Assembly: GCF_036588685.1 (NCBI RefSeq) | Contig: NC_086375.1 | Span: 89,218,001-89,282,000, forward strand | Reading direction: 5' to 3' | DNA from: Mytilus trossulus | Lineage: Eukaryota | Length of the DNA: 64,000 nt | Part shown: piece after piece, positions 58,731 through 64,000 of the stretch | How the letters are laid out: every line of letters begins with the position of its first letter | How positions within the stretch are numbered: position 1 is the first letter of the stretch | Made by a program: the position numbers and the translations under genes | The notes under the pieces: model-generated | Databases searched by the model: none | Told to the model about the DNA's origin: nothing | The model's input: the letters and a program-made list of their open reading frames with translations, nothing else

Positions 58731-60251
58731 ATGGAAGATAACAGAACTTGTGAAAGCATTTCGATTAAAACAGCGTGCGATGAGCATGGAATTGACCTTG
58801 AAAGTTTCTGTAGGACGCATGATGTGGCAATTTGTAAGACCTGCTTAACATCTCGCCATGAGAAATGTTCTGACTTTATTATCTCTCTAGTAGAGGCAGC
58901 AACAAACGCTAAGACATCGATAGCTCTCGAGGGAGTATTGGAATCAATTGATGGAGCCTTAGACCAACTACAACGTATTATTGAAGATTGTGGAATGGTC
59001 TCCACAAATATCGAGGAACAAGAAAAGAGCGTTCAAAAATCGGTACAAAGTATACGATTTACAGTAAACAAACGAATAGACGAACTTGAAGAAAAACTGT
59101 TAGCTAATTTGTCAGAAACAAGAAATAACTATAAGACGAAAAACGAAGAGATTATTACAAAATTAAGCAGAAGGAATGATGAAATTAAACGACTAAGAAA
59201 ACAAACAGTCCAACTTAAACGTTTCGACTCTGATATCCAAGTATTTCTTGGTACGCGTCAGATTGATAAAATAGTCCATGAAGAAATAGAATATGTCAAG
59301 ATGTCGCTGGGTTCTATACGCAAATACACAATAGAAATAGAGGTTAACGAAGAATTGACCTCAATGTTAGAGAATATAAACTCCTTTGGAAAAATAAAAG
59401 TCAATGAAAACGCTGTCAGTATACCGTTTATATTTGAGAACATTGACCAAGCACAGACACAACTATATAAACCAGTACGATCCGTTCACAATACCACAGT
59501 TAATTTCCGAAGCAAGTTTTCACTTAAAGGACAAATAAAGAACTCGGAAATCACAGGAGTAACGATTTTACCAAACGGTCATGTAATGATTGCAAATTAC
59601 ACCAGTGACAAAGCAATTCTAGAATATAATGATACAGGTCAACACATCCGGAACATTCCCGTCTGTGGTATGGCGTATGATGTAGCTGTAATAGATGGAG
59701 AAAGTATTGCGGTTTCTCGTGGCGAATCCAAACGCATAGATATTGTAAACATAGAAAATGGCACTGTCATTAAAACAATAGATACCAAAGGGTCATGTTG
59801 GGGTATCTCATGTCATGATAATAGAATCTACGTCCTAGTAGAAAGCGAAGGAATAGTTGTGATGGATAAATCGGGAAAGATGTTTAATACAATAAAGTGT
59901 AACGTGTCCTGCTTCGATATTGTTGCATGCAAGGACAGGATTTACTACACAGACTATGTGAACAACACAATCCATTGCTGTAGTATGACAGGGGATGAAA
60001 TATGGGTGTTCAGTGACAAATATCTGGTCTATCCTAGGGGAATATCTGTTGATAATATCCAGAATGTGTTTGCAGCAGGACATGTGTCTAACAATTTATT
60101 AATTATACAGAATGATGGAAAGGTTAGTAAGATGTTACTTAGCGAATCTGACGGTCTGAATCATCCGGTTCCAGTGTGTTACAATAAAAACAAAAAAACA
60201 TTATTTGTATGCAATGACAACGGAGATGCCACATTTTACAACATTGTGTAG
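58731..60251 (+). CDS. Intronless TRIM-like protein (B-box type 2, coiled coil, NHL/beta-propeller-like C-terminus; no RING), 506 aa
   Basis: CDEHGIDLESFCRTHDVAICKTCLTSRHEKC B-box; a long helical region; propeller-type repeats (ITGVTILPNGHVMIAN, AYDVAVID, YPRGISVDNIQNVFAAG). Confidence 0.82.
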   Translation: MEDNRTCESISIKTACDEHGIDLESFCRTHDVAICKTCLTSRHEKCSDFIISLVEAATNAKTSIALEGVLESIDGALDQLQRIIEDCGMVSTNIEEQEKSVQKSVQSIRFTVNKRIDELEEKLLANLSETRNNYKTKNEEIITKLSRRNDEIKRLRKQTVQLKRFDSDIQVFLGTRQIDKIVHEEIEYVKMSLGSIRKYTIEIEVNEELTSMLENINSFGKIKVNENAVSIPFIFENIDQAQTQLYKPVRSVHNTTVNFRSKFSLKGQIKNSEITGVTILPNGHVMIANYTSDKAILEYNDTGQHIRNIPVCGMAYDVAVIDGESIAVSRGESKRIDIVNIENGTVIKTIDTKGSCWGISCHDNRIYVLVESEGIVVMDKSGKMFNTIKCNVSCFDIVACKDRIYYTDYVNNTIHCCSMTGDEIWVFSDKYLVYPRGISVDNIQNVFAAGHVSNNLLIIQNDGKVSKMLLSESDGLNHPVPVCYNKNKKTLFVCNDNGDATFYNIV

Positions 60252-60755
60252 AATCAATGACAACGGAGATACCACATTTTATAACATTGTATAGAATCAA
60301 TGACAACGGAGATGCCACATTTTATAACATTGTGTAGACTCAATGACAATGGAGATACCACATTTTATAACATTGTATAGAATCAATGACAACGGAGATG
60401 CCACATTTTATAACATTGTGTAGAATCAATGACAATGGAGATGCCACATTTTATAACATTGTGTAGACTCAATGACAATGGAGATGTCTCATTTTATAAC
60501 ATTGTGTAGACTCAATGACAATGGAGATACCACATTTTATAACATTGTGTATAATCAATGACAATGGAGATACCACATTTTATAACATTGTGTATAATCA
60601 ATGACAATGGAGATGTTACATTTTATAACATTGTGTAGAACCAATAACAGCGGAGATGCCACATTTTATAACATTGTGTATAATCAATGACAATGGAGAT
60701 GTCACATTTTATAACATTGTGTAGAACCAATAACAGCGGAGATGCCCCATTTTAT
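60212..60755 (+). repeat. 43-bp tandem array (~12.6 copies) of the last 12 codons plus stop of the TRIM-like gene
   Basis: caatgacaacggagatgccacatttta(c/t)aacattgtgTAGaat; starts at 60212, 60255, 60298 and onward. Confidence 0.95.
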
Positions 60756-61439
60756 GTTCAGTATACAAATGGATTGACATAATAGAAAGGTTGACTTTAT
60801 AATAATGTCTGCTATGCCCACTTTCATTATTTTGAAATGAAAAGTGGTAGTTGTTATTGAAAGTTCTATCGAATTATAAGAGATTTGATACAGAAAATTG
60901 TTATCAAATGACGTGTTTTGTTTATGAATTTGATATACCGTAACCATGATATATATTTAAAAAAAAAAAAAGAACAATAGGATAACACAGATACATTCTG
61001 TAATTTCAAACCCGAGGTTATATCAATTTACCAAAACTATGAAGACTTAAATACTTTAAATACACTTAGTATCAAGTGTCATAATAAAACAATATCTCGG
61101 TGAGCAATTTTAAAACTATCAGAGTTTTTCTAAAACTTTCTTAAACTACTTGAGTTATCTCGCTTGGAAATGTCCAATATCTTGAACATGTCTTATATTC
61201 TAAAGGATTGATATATTACATATTATATATAAACTTATTGTGATTTTCATACTGGATTCATGTTTTCTTTTAACAACTACATGTTAAAGTACTAAAAAAA
61301 GTTACACAAACAGGAATACACATGCTGATATATGTCGCGTCAGATTTACTGACTATGATTAATTTTATACTGAAAGTCTTAATATAATGATATTATTGCC
61401 ACAAGTATCACATTTATTCAATATTAGCAATATCAATGG

Positions 61440-62000
61440 CAATGGGCTCAATATCAGATAAGACATATTCCATGCTACATATATAGTTTGTTAATTATAG
61501 CATAAAAGAAAGACCAAACCATAAAAACTTAACATTGGTTAATGAATCATGAAAATGAGGTCAAGGTCAGATGGATAGACATATCAGATAGACATGTACA
61601 CCTTACAATCATTCCATGCTACATACATAGTTGGCCAAATGTTTATAGTATAAAGACCGACCAAACCATGAAAATTAAACAATGATTAATTTATCATGAA
61701 AATGAGGTCAAGGTCAGAATGTACATACAAGAGTAATATGTACATCTTACAATATTGCACACATCACATACAGATGACGTTTTGCTAGCAGTATTTGAAG
61801 AATCACTAATCCATGAAATAAAGTTGATATCAACTGAACCATGTCGACCTTACAAGGAACTCCAAATATAGTTATCACAATCACTCATAGTGATTCGCTG
61901 AACCATGAAAATGGAAATATGACAGACTGGAGCTTTGTAACATAAGGCATATGCATACAAAGTATGAAGTGGCCAAGTCCTATTCCCTCTCGACATATAA
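61440..62000 (-). mobile_element. Degenerate copy of the 57400-58600 family, same orientation
   Basis: Shared blocks aaaatgaggtcaaggtcaga, catgtacaccttacaatcattccat, ccaaatatagttatc and aacataaggcat..tacaaagtat. Confidence 0.7.
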
Positions 62001-62128
62001 CGGTTTATACAAATACTATAACGGGCTGAAAATGTGTGACACCTCTATATCAGCTTACCCTAGTAAGTGCTACGTTTATGGTGGCACAGTAGTATTTACT
62101 AGCCCATGAGGGATAACGATAGCCTTTT

Positions 62129-62882
62129 TAGCTCACCTAAAGTGATCTTTTCCCCATCACTTTGCGTCCGTCGTCGTTAACTTTTACAAAAATCAACTCC
62201 TCTGAAACTACTGGACCAAATTGAACCAAACTTGGCCACAATCATCATTGGGGTATCTAGTTTAAAAAATGTGTCCGGCTATCCGGCCAACCAACCAAAT
62301 TGGCCGTCATGGCTAAAAACAGAACTTAGGGATAAAATGCAGTTTTTGGCATATATAACTCAAAAACCAAAGCATTTAAAGCAAATCTGACATGGACCAA
62401 ATTGTTAATCAGGTTAAGATCTATCTGCACTGAAATTTTCAGATGAATCGGACAACCTTTTGTTGGGTTGCTGCCCCTGAATTGGTAATTTAAAGGAAAT
62501 TTTGCTGTTTTTGGTTATTATCTTGAATATTATTATACATAAAGATAAACTGTAAACAGCAATAATGTTCGGCAAAGTAAGATTTACAAATAAGTCAACA
62601 TGACCGAAATGGTCAATTGACCCATAAGGAGTTATTGTCCTTTATAGTCAATTCTTAATAATTTTCATAAAATTTGTTTGTTAATTTTTAATAACATATT
62701 CCACTGAAACTACTGGGCCAAGTTCATTATAGATAGAGATAATTGTAATCAGCAAGAATGTTCAGTAAAGTAAGATGTACAAACACATCACCATCACCAA
62801 AACACTTCATGAATCCATCTGCTTCCTTTGTAATTATTCACATAGACCAAGGTGAGCGACACAGGCTCTTTAGGGCCTCTAG
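62129..62882 (+). mobile_element. Helentron-type HINE (same termini family as 56146-57395)
   Basis: ttttt-agctcacct, cgtccgtcgtcgt microsatellite, 3' aggtgagcg sub-TIR and aggctctttagggcct hairpin. Confidence 0.82.
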
Positions 62883-63007
62883 AATTTTCACCACCGTCTT
62901 ACACTGCCAAAAATTCTACATTTACATTTAACTGAACTACTTTTATTTTACTATTCAGAAATGAATCTGAATGTGTATCATGACCGTTTACTTGTTTTGC
63001 CATTCTT

Positions 63008-63175
63008 AACCAGGTGCTCCACCGGGCTCAGCTTTATACGACCGCAGAGGTCGAACCCTGAACAGTTGGGGCATTAGTAAGGACACAACATTCAAGCTTG
63101 ATGCAGCTCTGAATTTGGATTGTGATCAATTTTTTTTACATAATATGAGTGTCTGACACAAAACAAATGTCAATA
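63008..63175 (-). mobile_element. 3'-end fragment of the 38361-40576 HINE family
   Basis: Reverse-complement match to ~40420-40576 (tttatacgaccgcagaggtcgaaccctgaacagttggggc). Confidence 0.75.
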
Positions 63176-63185
63176 GCATACAAAT

Positions 63186-64000
63186 CTTACCTTACCTTAA
63201 CCTTAATTCTCTCCGCGCCAGAAGTCGCATAAGGCCTCCACGCTGTTTTTCCACCCTTTTCTATCTTTTGCTGCTGTTCTGGCTACGTTCCAACTTGTCC
63301 ATCCTTGTTGGTTCCTTTCTCTCTCTGTTGTTCTTCTCCATGTAGTTTTTGGCCTTCCTCTAGTTCTTTTCCCTGCTGGTGCCCATTGTAGAGCTACATA
63401 GCTGTTGTTGTCTCTTTCTCGTCTTAATGTATGTCCTATCCATGTCCACCGTCTCCTTCTGATTTCACAACTGATGTTTCTGGTGTTAGCTATTTCGTTT
63501 ACTGTTTTGTTCAATGTTTTACTTTGCCATCTTCTTTTTAGGATCTTTCTTAGGCATTGGTGTTCTACAGTATTTAGTTTCTTTTCTTCAATATTTGTTA
63601 ATTTCCATGTTTCGCATCCATACAATAATACAGGTCTTACTAATGATTTATATAGGTGTATTTTTGTTTTTCAGCCAATTCCTCTTGAATACCCTATATT
63701 TCTTAGGCGATGAAATGTCCCTCTTGCTTTCTGTATTCTGTTTTTGATGTCACAACTGCCTCCTCCCTCTTTGTCCATGACTGCTCCCAGGTATGTGAAT
63801 TTGTCTACATCTTCTATTTTCTGGTCGTATAACGTTATCAACTCTTTATTCTTTGTTTGCTGGGATCTCAGAGTTTTACACTTTTTGAGGTTAAGTTTCA
63901 TTCCAACTCTTTCAGCTTCAGTTGTTAATTTCTGTGTTTTTTCATCAAGGTCGCTAAATTTTGAGGAAAGAAGTGCGATGTCATCAGCAAAGTCAAGATC
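63186..64000 (-). mobile_element. RTE-clade LINE 3' part, running off the window end
   Basis: A single frame reads DLDFADDIALLS..VDKFTYLG..IKNRIQKAR..*KTKIHLYKSLVRPVLLYGCETW..RRRRWTWIGHTLRR..GKRTRGRPKTTWRR, with one in-frame TGA at 63671-63673. A (TAAGG)n tail overlaps the stop at 63186-63206. Confidence 0.9.

Noticed and set aside
63671-63673. In-frame TGA in the RTE RT as a possible selenocysteine
   Set aside because: It is not at a recognisable conserved Cys position, and the element ends in its tail directly at the stop, leaving no room for a SECIS. A simple nonsense mutation is more likely.

Overview
AT-rich eukaryotic genomic DNA, most likely a bivalve of the Mytilus type (inferred from the repeat landscape and gene types). 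There are three protein-coding loci on the + strand: (1) a DUF229/alkaline-phosphatase-superfamily gene with a single coding exon (1143-3155); (2) a group I p21-activated kinase (PAK) that I reconstructed by hand as 14 phase-consistent GT-AG coding exons (21607-41430, 526 aa) and that the ORF track mostly misses; (3) an intronless B-box/coiled-coil/NHL-like (TRIM-like) gene (58731-60251). The rest is mobile DNA and tandem repeats: a 5'-truncated Naiad-type Penelope-like retroelement, many short Penelope-type 3'-end fragments, CR1-group and RTE LINE relics, Helentron-type HINE elements carrying satellites, several MITEs, and a 7.8-kb 24-bp minisatellite that causes the mass of spurious ORFs at 47-55 kb. 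Two observations stand out. (a) A well-formed type II SECIS (selenocysteine insertion) hairpin lies about 50 nt after the stop codon of the Penelope-like RT, so this retrotransposon family carries a Sec-recoding signal. (b) Five tandem duplications or arrays sit exactly on coding boundaries (three PAK splice donors, one PAK acceptor and the TRIM-like stop codon); each leaves the functional copy intact, and the PAK cases create decoy splice sites that lead into a nearby in-frame stop. Also noted: a candidate alternative first coding exon of PAK and a decayed hammerhead ribozyme. All structures were read by eye; no database searches were run.
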